Origin: Alloascoidea hylecoeti | Taxonomy: Eukaryota | Assembly (NCBI GenBank): GCA_001600815.1 | Contig: BCKZ01000020.1 | Location: 274,831-338,830, forward strand | Direction of reading: 5' to 3' | DNA: 64,000 nt | Shown here: positions 12,391 through 24,620 of the stretch, piece after piece | Layout of the letters: each line of letters opens with the position of its first letter | Position numbering within the stretch: position 1 is the first letter of the stretch | The notes under the pieces: model-generated | What the model was told of the DNA's origin: nothing | The model's database searches: none | Seen by the model: the letters and a program-made list of their open reading frames with translations, nothing else | Position numbers and translations under genes: made by a program

Positions 12391-14766
12391 ATGGTAAGAA
12401 CTCTAATGTCCTTGCAATTGGGCGGCAATCCCAACACCATCAACCAACTAAACCCACTCTTAATCGTTCCTTCCAATCCTAAACAGGTAACGTTAACCCT
12501 TCATTAAAAATCACAACTTACCCCATGTGATGCAATAAAAATATTAATTCTTCATTCTTTATTCATTTAATTCTAGTGTGCTAATAAAATTTCTTATAAA
12601 TCATCACAATTTGTTTATGATTCAGAATCTGATTGTAATAATACTCAAAATGATCATGATCATGATCATGATCAAGAAAGTCAAATTGTTGGTTGTTTAA
12701 TGGTTGAGTTTTTAAATGGTAATGATTCAAATGAAAATGAAAATGGAGATAGAAATAGAAAAAACAAAAAAAGTATATATTCTTTATAATTAAATATTAA
12801 TTATATCTATTTGATTATATTCTAATTCTTTTCTATAATTATAAAGTGATTGAAATAATTAAAGGTGAATTCTTAACTGCTGGAAGATCTTCTTCATGGT
12901 TAGTGTACAATGAAAATTAATATTACAATTAAAAATTGAGCAATTGTTAATTCTAATCATTATTTTGTTATTAATTATTTTAAAAATAGTGGGTTTCGTT
13001 TGTGTCATCCATCAATATCATCACAACATTTTGAAATTCATACCACTCAATTTGATACAACAAGTGAAGTTTTGGTTTATTGTACCGATAAAAGTTTAAA
13101 TGGAACATTTCATAATAATCGAATTATTGGAAAGAATAAATGTGTATTGTTAACAAATTCAGATACTTTGAGTAAGTTTTATTTTACCTACAATAACGTA
13201 TACCTAATTAACATATAAATTGTGGTATTATTTTTTATAATTGAAGGTGTTCCAAAATTTTTTAAAGCAAAATTTCATCAATATGATTTATCTGAATTAA
13301 ATTCTCAATTAATAAAACAAGAAATAAATTTAAAAATTAATTATAAAGAAGAAGAAATATTATTTTCAAAATATAAATTATCGAATCGACTTTTAGGTTT
13401 AGGTACTTTTGGTAAAGTTTTAATGGTAACTAATATTTTAACAAATGAACAATCAGCTTGTAAAATTATTGATTTAGGTATTGATCAAGAAGATTTGAGT
13501 TTAATTAAAGAAGAAAATGATTTACATTTAGAAGAAATAATTAATAATGATAATTCAATTCCAAAATCGGGAAAATTAAAAGCTATTGATGAAGCTTTAA
13601 TTTTAAGAAATTTATCTCATGTATGTTTATTGATCGATGAATCAATTAATAAGAAATATGGAATGAATATTAATCTTTAACCGTTTATAATTATAGCCCA
13701 ATATCATTTCTGTTTTTGATACTTTTAGAAAAGGAAAAAAACTGTATGTGCTTTTTATTTTTTATATTCATATTATTGGCTATGAAATTGAAATCTTAAC
13801 AAGTTATAAATAGTTACATTTTTGAAGATTTGTATGTAATATTATTTAAATCCAAACAATGGATACTACATGGAATGATATCATTTCAAACATGCTGTGC
13901 TTTCTTATTTTGTGTATCGGTGTTCATAATAATGCCATGATACTGCAATTGAGACTTAAATTGATATTGAAAATTTAACATCATAATACTATTTTAGGAT
14001 ATCTGGAGGAGATTTATTTAGTTATTTAACAAAAGGAAGTTGTTTAATTGCTTTAGAAGAAAGAGAAGCAATTGTTATTATTTATCAAATTTTAAAAGCG
14101 TTGGAATATTTACATGAAAAAAATATAGCTCATCGTGACTTAAAAGTGAGTTATCCATTAATTATTACTATAATTATAATCGGATAAATATTTAATATTA
14201 ACGTTGTATATTTTTAGCTCGATAATGTTTTATTGACATCTCAACATCCTGCTTCAAGGATTGTTTTAGCTGATTTCGGTATCGCGAAATTCCTTGAGAT
14301 TGATCAAGATAATAATAAGTTACAACATTGCAGCGGAAATAATAACAAGTTAAATAAATTACGTATGAATACAGTTGTTGGAACACCAGAATATTGTGCA
14401 CCAGAGGTTGGATTTGGTATTCCAAAATTGAAACGGAATGGATATAATTTAGCTTGTGATATGTGGAGTCTTGGAGTAATTACACATATTTTATTATCAG
14501 GGATTTCACCGTTTTATGCAAATGGCAAAGAATCTGAAATTGTTGAAAATGCCAAAATTGGAAACTTAGAATTTAATAAAATTCAGTGGGGAAAAGTTAG
14601 TAAAGATGCAAAAGATTTTGTTAAACAATTGATTGTTGTTAATCCTAATCTACGGATGAATGTCAAAGAAAGTTTGAATCATAAATGGATTAAAAACCAC
14701 AAAAAGGATTTGGAGGAGATTTACCAGGAGAACGTGTTGAAAAAGGAAAATTTAATAGCTGAGTAA
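12391..14766 (+). CDS. MEK1: Meiotic FHA-domain kinase; exons 12391-12486 (uncertain), 12577-12772, 12847-12898, 12990-13171, 13247-13620, 13697-13743, 13814-13831, 13998-14145, 14218-14766
   Basis: Eight GT-AG introns give a continuous frame: FHA motifs (TAGRSSSC, HPSISSQHF, DKSLNGTF), then kinase LGLGTFGKV, ACKII, HPNII, GGDLFSYL, HRDLKLDN, DFGIAK, RMNTVVGTPEYCAPEV. The first exon and start codon are the weakest part. Confidence 0.85.
12419..12428 (+). promoter_or_regulatory. URS1-like (Ume6) element at the 5' end of MEK1
   Basis: TGGGCGGCAA matches TSGGCGGCTA at 9/10 positions, in an AT-rich context at an early meiotic gene. Confidence 0.5.
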
Positions 14767-14926
14767 ATAAAGTAAGTAAATAAGCAAATTTTAGATGCGT
14801 GTCCATGTGTCTGCGCATGTACTTGCATAGACACGGGTGGTCCAAACACCCGTTCACCCGGTTGCTATTTAATGATTTTTTCAGGTTAAACCTTCTGCAT
14901 TTCACTCAACAAATCCAATTGCAACA

Positions 14927-16339
14927 ATGTCTTTTTCTTTCGACCAATTTCGCCACCAACGACAGGGCATTCCCCCTAGTAACAACTCCAATAACCAGCC
15001 GGGGTTCTACACCGTGTGGATGGGAGATCTGGAGCCTTGGGTCGACGAGCAAACTGTCAGGGCCATTTGGGGGCAGCTTGGCCAAACTGATTCCATCGCT
15101 CAGGTAAAAATCATCAAAGATAAAGTGACTGGCTCCAATGCTGGTTATTGCTTCATTGATTTTTTCAATCCGGAAAGTGCTCAAGAAGCTGTACAACTTC
15201 ATGGAACTCTCATTCCTGGAACTCATAAAATGTTCAAACTCAACTGGGCCACTCATAGCCATGCAAACAATAACAATGGCAATGGCATTGGAAATGGAAA
15301 TATCGGAGCTGGAATCCCTTCTGGGAACTTGAATCTTCATCCAACTTCTATTAATGACAGAAATGAATTTTCAGTTTTTGTCGGAGACTTGAGTCCCGAG
15401 GTTACCGATGCTATGTTATTTCAAGCGTTTTCTAAATATCCATCTACAAAATCTGGCAAAGTTATGGTTGATCCGAACTCAAATATGTCAAGAGGTTACG
15501 GATTTGTGCGCTTTGGAAATGACCATGACCAACAAAATGCTCTTATTGAAATGCAAGGTTTCATCATTGGAAATAGACCTATTAGAGTCTCTACTGCAAC
15601 TCCCAAAAATAACTTGAATAATAATATCACCACAAATGTTAATAAACAACATTCATCTTCACAATCTTTACCATCAAGTTATATTCAATCTCAATTACCT
15701 TTGAATAATCTTAATATTCAAAATCAACCTACTCTAACTCAATATACAGATCCAAATAATACAACGGTTTTTGTTGGTGGTTTAACCCCCTTAGTTACAA
15801 CGGCCGACTTGCATGCTCATTTTGCCTCTTTTGGTGAAATTGCATATGTCAAAATTCCTCCTGGTAAAGGGTGTGGTTTTGTCTCTTATACTACTCGTGA
15901 AGCTGCTGAACTCGCTATATTAGGAATGCAAGGCTATAACATTGCTGGTTCAAGGGTACGTCTTAGTTGGGGTAGAGCAAATGCAAGCTTATCTGGTAAT
16001 TATAGATCAACCCAACCCGTTCCCAATAATCTTTATGGCCAATCTTCTCAACAATTATTAAACAATTCAATAAGTTCTTTATTAGATTATAATAATAATG
16101 GTTCATTAAATCAAATACCAAGTACAATTGGTCAATCTAATTTATTAACCTCTTTGCATTCACATGATAAATTCCCATCTGCTTTGTTCAATAGTGATTT
16201 TATTCCTAGAAATCAAGAACCTAGCGAACCATTACCTGTTGGTAGATTAAATGAAATGTACATTGCTGCTAGAGAAGGAAGACTTGATCGTGTTGATGCT
16301 GAACAACAAGCTGGGTGGTTGGGAGTTTATGCTCAATAA
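14927..16339 (+). CDS. Triple-RRM RNA-binding protein of the Nam8/Ngr1/Csx1 family
   Basis: TVWMGDLEPW, GYCFIDF, FKLNWA, EFSVFVGDLSPEV, RGYGFVRF, DPNNTTVFVGGL, KIPPGKGCGFV, RVRLSWGR; NAM8 and NGR1 cannot be separated by eye. Confidence 0.9.
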   Translation: MSFSFDQFRHQRQGIPPSNNSNNQPGFYTVWMGDLEPWVDEQTVRAIWGQLGQTDSIAQVKIIKDKVTGSNAGYCFIDFFNPESAQEAVQLHGTLIPGTHKMFKLNWATHSHANNNNGNGIGNGNIGAGIPSGNLNLHPTSINDRNEFSVFVGDLSPEVTDAMLFQAFSKYPSTKSGKVMVDPNSNMSRGYGFVRFGNDHDQQNALIEMQGFIIGNRPIRVSTATPKNNLNNNITTNVNKQHSSSQSLPSSYIQSQLPLNNLNIQNQPTLTQYTDPNNTTVFVGGLTPLVTTADLHAHFASFGEIAYVKIPPGKGCGFVSYTTREAAELAILGMQGYNIAGSRVRLSWGRANASLSGNYRSTQPVPNNLYGQSSQQLLNNSISSLLDYNNNGSLNQIPSTIGQSNLLTSLHSHDKFPSALFNSDFIPRNQEPSEPLPVGRLNEMYIAAREGRLDRVDAEQQAGWLGVYAQ

Positions 16340-17869
16340 TTGTTCATTTCTTTGTTTCTTTTTTTCTTACTGGTTCAAGTTTCATTTATATATTATATCA
16401 TATTTGTTTTGTTTATTTTCTTTTTTCCTTTTGGTCTTATAACAATATAAATTGTTTATAAATTCATTAAAAATTATTCATTTAAATGCTATATGCTTTT
16501 TATTTTTTTGGTTCTTTTTGTTTTTTTTTACATTCTGTTTTTTTGGTTATTAATGGAGTTAATTTTATTACTGTTATACCATTATTTATCATTTATCACT
16601 TGCTTATTTCTTAAAAAAATATATATATATTATGTTGTTCTTTAAAGCGACACAAAACAAAACAAAATTGGTCTTGTTTTAACTTTACTTTCCTTTTTCA
16701 TATTTTATAGTTTCTAAAAAAGAAACGATTTGGATTTGAGCTCTTTCATTTATGTACCTAATTATTGTTTTATAACTTTTTCAATTATGTTTGATAATTG
16801 ATTGATCACTTATTCATTTTCGTTTTTTTTTTCTTTTTCTATCATTTAACATTGTTCCTTTCTGTTTTTTCTCTTTAATTTTATTCAGAGTTTCACACAT
16901 ATATTTCTTGGCAATTATTACTACTACTACTATTATAAATTTATTTATTTATTTATTTATTATCAACGGTACAAATGCTTATATTTTTTATGCTGTCGTT
17001 TTTTTTTTCTATTAATTATTGCATTTTTCTTTTAATTTGTTTATTTTTGTATATGAACAAAGGAAATAAAAAAGAGTTTGTTATTCTATCATATATATAA
17101 TTTATAAATTTGTTTGGTCTTCATATTCACATTCGTTTCATAATTGTTTTTTTTGTCGATTATATTCATTCATTAATCTTTTCTGATATATTTTTTTATT
17201 CAAATTTTATATGATTATTATTGTTTTATTGATTGTTTGATTATTTATAAGTTACTTATTTAACCTATTTACTTTTCTGATTTAATATTTGATATTTTAA
17301 AAATAACAAAAAGAAATTTGCTTTTCCTTTTTATATTTTCCTATTCATTAACTTATAAGATCTTATATAAATTTATAACAGTTGCAATTTTAAATTAAAT
17401 CTTTATTTTAAAAAAAAAATCTTTAAATTTGCAATAACAATTACAATATTAATTAATTTTTCTTTAAAACTTTCACTACTTTACTTGTTCTTAATTAACA
17501 TTAACATTAGTATGAAATTTGTAAATCAATTTATAATTATCTAGATCTCCTTCCAACTATAACTTTCACATCCATTTATAATTAAGGAACAAAACTTAAT
17601 AAAATTAGAGGCAGTTGTCTGAAATGTCACCATTGAAATTAAACAATAGTGAATCCTTTCGTTGCCCTTGCCAATATATCAACAATCAAACCAATTTCCA
17701 AGAAACTTCAAATCCAAAATTAAAAGAGTCAAAAATAATCAATTCAACAATGATAAATATATCTATAGAATCGTAACAACATTTCTAATGAAAAACAATT
17801 AGATATATATGCCGGTACAATTGTAAATTGAATTTGTAATCCTTTTTTTAACTTTTAGATAAAAGTGTA

Positions 17870-20435
17870 ATGCGCAATACTAATCTAGTCCTGCATCTAT
17901 CTAATTAAACTTGTTATTTTAGAGCATATATTTTTTACTTCATTAATTTAGAAATCAATACCACCGATCACATCATTAAAATTATTACCATCACCAGTAG
18001 AGGATATGAACAATCAACTAGAAGGATTTAATGATTTAGAGTCAACGATTGAAAGGGTAGCTACAGACCCTATTAAGTTACTTTCCAACGGAAATTTTAA
18101 ACATCATTTTCAAGGAATATATGGTTAATAATTCGTTATCTAAACTTCTCACCATTACTCGAGTGTCTCGAGGTTGGAGTCGTGAATATCATCACCTTTG
18201 AAAATCACTTTTAAGTCCATCAGATCGTAAAAGATACCTTCTCTGGTTAGCAACAGTAGTTGAAAGGAAAGGGATTAATTCAAATATATTTGGACCCATT
18301 CGCAAAGAATCCTCCTCCTTAAAAAATTTCATTGAGAATGGTTTAGGTTATATACTATTTTTTGAATATGGTAGAATCGCCAATAAGAGTATGCAAGAAT
18401 TTACATGAACCCATGAAATTCAGTCTTTTCCTACCACTAAAGTGCTTGATAACTATTATGATCATAATCTTAAGGGTAAGATTCCTCCCTCTTTAATCTT
18501 AAGCGAGGAAAATTATAGAGGATTAAATATTTGGACCTATAACTTCATAACTTTAGATTGTGGAGATTTTATTCTAAAGTATAATAATGTCACATCGGAA
18601 GCAATTATATATAGTTGACATTACATTTCAATTCTCTACCAGTTTTAATTTATTTGAAGAATTCGAATAATAAGAAATTCATAAAAAAAAGTAAAAAAAT
18701 AGACATGGTCAAGAATATGACTTCAACGATGGGTTCCACATGCCAAGAGACTGGAATTTGATCAACGTCAAATCAGTAGGGGAACATATAATAATACATC
18801 CCATATCAGTTTCAATTATCAAAGTTGAGATAATTGATGATACTCACGACCGGCTGGGAGAAGAGAGTAAAGAGGAGCAACTAAAAAGTCCAATTAATAT
18901 TAGTTCTATGAAAACTATAATATCTCCCTATATAGCTGACCTTAGAGAAGTTGCTCAGCTAATAAATTCCAATAATTGATTCTATATTAGATTTAGATAC
19001 TCAAATAATAACGTTATACCATTCCAATAAGAAATTTGAACACGTCGGTTTCAAATTTATGGAGATACGTAACGAAGAATGGATGGGAACCATAGTTCAG
19101 TATACTTGTTACATGCCCGCAACACCTTATAAATTACAAGACAGAAAACTTTGAATTTGAATCATATTTTAAGAAGGAGATCGGCCGTAATCAAAAAGTG
19201 TACCTATAAATGAGATTAGAAGGTTGGAGCACTATGGAATGAACAGACTATCTAAGAAATCGGAATACGCTAATGGGATTAATATGATATTTTACATCTC
19301 CCAACAGGAAATATTACCACATCCCTATGTGACTTAACATCTTCTCTATGTAACCTGAGTATGAAGATTGAAGATGTTATAATTGAAAAACGCGACAATT
19401 ACGATGAAGAATCAACAAATATATTCCTAGCAATGATCGTGATTATCCCACAAAATTTTATCCCAGGAGACACGGATGATGAAGAGGATCCTTACTATTT
19501 CTGTAGAAGAGTTTTTCAAACTAAATACTCGAACACTAAAGGCATCAACTCCAGTGGATATTCCCATGTTATGTATATCTTCATCCCTTCCCTTGATTAT
19601 AATTATAAACCAACTTATTGTTGATGATAATGGATCGAAAAACGTTTTTATGTCTGGGTGTCTATACATCAAAATCTTACAAAATACCAATTATGAATTA
19701 TCAACTTCAGTCTTGTCTACCAGATATGATAATGATGATAAAGAAAAACCAAGAAATGCTCTCAAAATATATAATGTAAAGCTTTTCAAATTGTCCGATA
19801 ATAAAAAAAATAATGAGTATTTAGGATTTATACTCTTCTGTGCCCAAGTTGGTTTGTTTTTATTCAATATCCATACGCTCCACTCATAAAAGTTCGAAGT
19901 TCTACTTTCTACACTCTTTCAACATTAAACAATTGTATTTGCGACACATCAATATTATTGGGATAACTTTAATGAGTATAAGATCTATAAAATGACTACT
20001 GGTGAGTTGTTAGGAAAGTTCAGATTGGAATAAGTTAAATATTCAAATAATTTTGAATATCTTACTTTTGTGAAAGATGTACATGTTTATAGAGATATGT
20101 TTTATGAAGTTTCGCTGGGAATGCCAAAAGAGATATAAGACTTAAATTCACTTGATTCCCTCACATTTCAGAATGAAGAGTTGCGAAATCTAAGAAAAAT
20201 AGAATATTTGAAGGTTATTGCCTTTGGACATGATGTTGCTTTGGAAAAGATCTTAAAATCATAATAGAATGGGGAATCAAAGTGAAAAGAATTTCAACAA
20301 AGAAATATATATGAAATTGTAATTTGAAGATCTGAAATTTAGATATACTTTTTTTTTAAATCAACGAGATTGTAATTATCTCTAAAAGTTGAATGAAGAT
20401 GTAGTGTATTAATTAGTTCAGTATACTATAGTGTG
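17870..20435 (+). pseudogene. Decayed F-box gene, copy A of a dispersed duplicated unit
   Basis: ATG at 18006, then a frameshifted F-box DPIK/YFPTEILNIIFKEYMVNNSLSKLLTITRVSRGW; many stops and frameshifts; co-linear with the reverse complement of 60590-62585. Confidence 0.75.
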
Positions 20436-20575
20436 TAAACATAATCGACAACGCGAAATATAATTATGATTGCAAATGTTTAAACATCCCACCACCTTTA
20501 CATTTCTACCGATAATCTTTTAAAGTCTGTGTGAGGGTATTATTAATGAAAAGTTCTATATAACATACATTATTA

Positions 20576-22471
20576 ATGGAAGAAGAAAAAGAGTCTAAAT
20601 TTACAGGTGCTGAATTCCATAAACTCTCAAACCCTCAAAAATCACATTCAACACCATTAGCAATTATTGCACATATTGATATAAACGCTTTTTTCGCACA
20701 AGTAGAACAAATCAGATTAGGTTTAACAAGAAATGATCCAGTTGTTTGTGTTCAATGGTCATCATTAATTGCCGTTTCTTATGCAGCTAGAAAATATGGT
20801 ATAAACAGAATGGATAATCTTGAAACTGCAAAACTAAAATGTCCAAATTTAATTGCTGCTCATACTGCTGTTTTTAAAAAGAATGAATCTTTTTGGACTT
20901 ATACTGATTATAAACCAAGTCCTTTTAATCATAAAGTTTCTTTAGATCCTTATAGAAGAGAAAGTAGGAAAATTATGAGGGTTTTTAAAAATTACTGTGA
21001 TGAAGTTGAAAAGGCAAGTGTTGATGAATGTTTTTTAAATTTAGGACCATTGGTTTATAATCAAGCTATTAAAGAATTCCCTTATTTAAAAGATGTTAAA
21101 AATGATGATGATGAGTATTTACCACCGATACCGAAGATTAATGAAATTAAAGATAAACCGTGGTTTAACGCGAAGGGGAGTGTTGTTATCGGTAATACGG
21201 ATGAAATATTAAATTTAAAAGAGGATAAAGATAGCACTAAAACACGGCATTGTGAGAATTATTCAATTTATGATTGGGACGATATATTCATCTTTATGGG
21301 TGCTTTAATAGTTTACAAAATTCGTCAAGATGTCGAATCAAGTTTAGGATATACAACATCAGCAGGAATCTCAAAAACCAAAACAATTTCAAAATTAGCA
21401 TGTGGTGAAAATAAACCAGATAATCAAACAATTGTTAGATCATCTTCAATTAATAACTTCTTACAAATTTATAATTTTACAGATTTTTGGAGCATGGGCG
21501 GTAAAACTGGAGAAATTATTCAAAAGAAACTTAATATTCCAATTAATATTGGAGAAAATTCTTCAAAAAATATAAATGATATATTAAAATTTAATTTAAA
21601 AGATTTACAAAGTTTATTAGGCGATAAATTACTTGGAACAAAATTATATAATTTAATTAGAGGCCAAGAATATTCGGAATTAAAAACGAGACTTGATATA
21701 AAATCGATGATTTCTGTTAAACGATTTAGAGGTAATTCGGTTAATTGTTTTGAAGAAGCAATAAAATGGATACGAGTATTTGCTGCAGATCTATTCCAAA
21801 GAATAGTTGAATTAGACGAGGAACTAGGAGAACCTCGAAGACCACGAACAGTATCAGTACATCATAAAGGATTAAGTAAAAAAGGTATATCACGTCAGTG
21901 TGCTTTACCTGTAGTTGATATAAAGAACTTACAAGAAACAATTTATGAGTGTGGCTGTAAGTTACTTAAACAAATGGAAGAAAATTGGAGTTCAAGTGAA
22001 AATATGTATCCAATCACTAATGGATCTCTCCATATCTCCAACTTTGAAACCATTAATTCTAACAACAAATTCCAATCAATTGATAGTTTTGTAAAAGTTA
22101 CTACTATTAATCAGGAAGAAGTTGCAAAGTCAAGAACAACCAAAATACAAGAAGAAAATGATCCACAAGTTAATAGCAGTTTATATGTTAGTGATGCTGA
22201 ACTAGAATGTTCAAAATGTTCAAAATTATTTAAAACACGAGATGAATTAGCTGAACATGCCGATTGGCATATTGCATTTGATCTTTCTCAGGAAATAAAT
22301 GGAACATCTATAATAGAGACTCAATATATTCCAAGACAATCCCAAAAATATAAACATAAAACTTCTAGCCCAGGTCATGGCCATGGCCCGATATCAGAAA
22401 GACACAATGGTAAAAAGAAACAAAAACTAGATAAAGGTCAAATGACTCTAAATATGTTCAAAAAACAATAA
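20576..22471 (+). CDS. RAD30: DNA polymerase eta (Y family)
   Basis: HIDINAFFAQVEQ, LIAVSYAARKYGI, KVSLDPYRRESRKI, EKASVDE; C-terminal UBZ (CSKC...EHADWHIA) and PIP-like QMTLNMF. Confidence 0.95.
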   Translation: MEEEKESKFTGAEFHKLSNPQKSHSTPLAIIAHIDINAFFAQVEQIRLGLTRNDPVVCVQWSSLIAVSYAARKYGINRMDNLETAKLKCPNLIAAHTAVFKKNESFWTYTDYKPSPFNHKVSLDPYRRESRKIMRVFKNYCDEVEKASVDECFLNLGPLVYNQAIKEFPYLKDVKNDDDEYLPPIPKINEIKDKPWFNAKGSVVIGNTDEILNLKEDKDSTKTRHCENYSIYDWDDIFIFMGALIVYKIRQDVESSLGYTTSAGISKTKTISKLACGENKPDNQTIVRSSSINNFLQIYNFTDFWSMGGKTGEIIQKKLNIPINIGENSSKNINDILKFNLKDLQSLLGDKLLGTKLYNLIRGQEYSELKTRLDIKSMISVKRFRGNSVNCFEEAIKWIRVFAADLFQRIVELDEELGEPRRPRTVSVHHKGLSKKGISRQCALPVVDIKNLQETIYECGCKLLKQMEENWSSSENMYPITNGSLHISNFETINSNNKFQSIDSFVKVTTINQEEVAKSRTTKIQEENDPQVNSSLYVSDAELECSKCSKLFKTRDELAEHADWHIAFDLSQEINGTSIIETQYIPRQSQKYKHKTSSPGHGHGPISERHNGKKKQKLDKGQMTLNMFKKQ

Positions 22472-22915
22472 ATAACTTTACATTAATAAGATTTTTAATA
22501 TTAATTGTAGAGAATTTAAAGAAATCCACAGTCATTATATTTAATTTTAATTAATCCGAGTAATACTATATATGATCAGTCATTAACACTCCAGTCATCA
22601 AATTCATTTTAATTTCACTTGAAGCCCTCCCCAGCATCATAATAAACATGTTTAGTAATAATTGGTTCATATCCAAATGTAAATTGGAACCAACTAAGCG
22701 AATTAAAGTATCCGCATAAACATGGATTCTCTCAATTGCTGAAATAGACAGACAGCTTAAATATAATATTGCAACTTCAACTGTGCAGTTAAATATAAAG
22801 AAATATGTCAACAGCTCTTCTGAAAAAACACCTCTCCGAACAAAAGGGCCTAAAACACTTTCTGAAAGGGTAAAAATGAGTTTTTTTTTACAGACAATTA
22901 ACTTCTAAAAATTAA

Positions 22916-22996
22916 CGACACCAGCAGGACTCGAACCTGCGCGGGAAATCCCAAAAGATTTCTAATCTTTCGCCTTAACCGCTCGGCCATAGTGCC
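22916..22996 (-). tRNA. tRNA-Ser(AGA)
   Basis: GGCACTATGGCCGAGCGGTTAAGGCG-AAAGA-TT-AGA-AA-TCTTT, long variable arm, GCAGGTTCGAGTCCTGC-TGGTGTCG; a T5 run follows. Confidence 0.97.
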
Positions 22997-23499
22997 AAAT
23001 TCATATTGGTCTCTAAGTGTAATACAGTTACCCGGATCATACATACATTCTATGACTTATTGCGTGTCATGAGAAAGTAAAATAAATGCTATAAAAATAA
23101 AAATAAAATGAAAATTATTTACTTTCAAGGTGGTCTAGGTAAAGGAGAAGAAGAAGAGAAGAAGAGAAGAAAGAGAAGAGACAAAAAAAAGAATCAAAGA
23201 AGTAGAAGAAGTTATACTTAATGAGTGATTTCCTCAATTTAATGGTTTCTAGTTAAGTTTTAAATAATTTAGATATTTTGATTGGAATTATATGTAAAGT
23301 TAAAAATAGTGAATAGGGTTTCCTCCCAATTGACCTATAAGGTTAAGAAAAGAAAAAATCTCATTTCTAATATTAATGATCCTCCAAGTGACCAGTTGGA
23401 TTCGAAACCATCGAATGTCTCCGATGCCTCTATGTCTATAGATTATATACATGTAAGTACAAAATGAAAATTTAAGCGGCTGCCACTCCACGGATCATA

Positions 23500-23870
23500 A
23501 AGCCAATGATATCCTAATTCATAAGGTCCGAATATTTTGAAAGATGCTTAGAAAATACATCTTTCTTCATTTATATACCGTGTAAAAGGCTCATAATAAT
23601 TCCTGCCTTGTGATAAAATTCTTGGGGAGATTCCAGATGTGCTTAATTAGATCCAGGTCCGGTGAAAATGGTGGCCACTCCAAAACATCTATCTTCTTCG
23701 AACGAACCCAATTCTTTACGATTCCAGCTTTATGGATAAATGTGCTATCCTGCATGAATATACAATACCCTCATCTTGCTCATCGAATGTCTCTTCCAGA
23801 AGTTGTATGTAAGAACGTACGCTGGAAACCTTTTTTCTGCTATATCCCGCTCAGATCTATCTCTAAATGA
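23500..23870 (-). mobile_element. Tc1/mariner (DD34E-type) transposase relic 1
   Basis: Minus-strand translation RSYIQLLEETFDEQDEGIV/FMQDSTFIHKAGIVKNWVRSKKIDVLEWPPFSPDLDLIKHIWNL; 34 residues lie between D (23749-23747) and the E position, now AAG (23644-23642). Confidence 0.85.
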
Positions 23871-24620
23871 TATCTTTTTGTTCCTTTGCTTCTTCTAAAT
23901 CAGAAAATAGTTTAACATGCCGAACGTATTCCAGGGTTACGATCCTCAGAATTTGATTTAATGCCCTTTCAGACTTAAATCTGGCTGATCTAATAGATGT
24001 ACTTGATTCAACCATTTTATTTATTTCCGTTTTTAGATTAATTAAGTTAGTAATATGAGTTATAACAAATTTTGATGGATTCAGAGTTGTACGTGGTTAT
24101 TTAGCAAACGATTTATTTATAAAGCTTTTGATTGAGTCATTCTTTAAGACTTAAAGAGTAAATTTGATTAGATATTTTGAACGTTTGTCATAAAAATTTA
24201 ATTGAACAATATAAGAAAAACGGTATAGATCGGTCATCTTTAATTATATTACTTATTGTGAATATCAATGGGATGGCCAAATCTATGTGCATAGCTATAG
24301 TGTACTTACATATATATAAGGATACAATTCCAAAAATAAAAAATACAAAAAGTTAATTTTAATAAAACAAAACAAACAAATAAAACATCGGGAGGCTCAT
24401 TAATGCTAAATTAAGCCCCATAATAAAATTTTATTACAATTCGAGGAATCAAAAAAAAAAGGTTTCGTTATTGTAGTAAGTTGTAAGAATTTAAAACATA
24501 ATAGAATAATATAGGCGAACAATATTATTTTTAAAGATCCAATAAAAAACATAAAGAAAATAAAAAATAAATAATAAATAATATAAAAATTAGACTCAAG
24601 TTTTCAGTTTCGGTCTTTCA

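Noticed and set aside
14906..15340. 144-aa ORF antisense to the RRM gene
   Set aside because: No recognisable motif; overlaps a well-supported gene.
20576..22471. Eso1-type Pol eta-Eco1 fusion
   Set aside because: The ORF ends after the UBZ/PIP region with no acetyltransferase domain.
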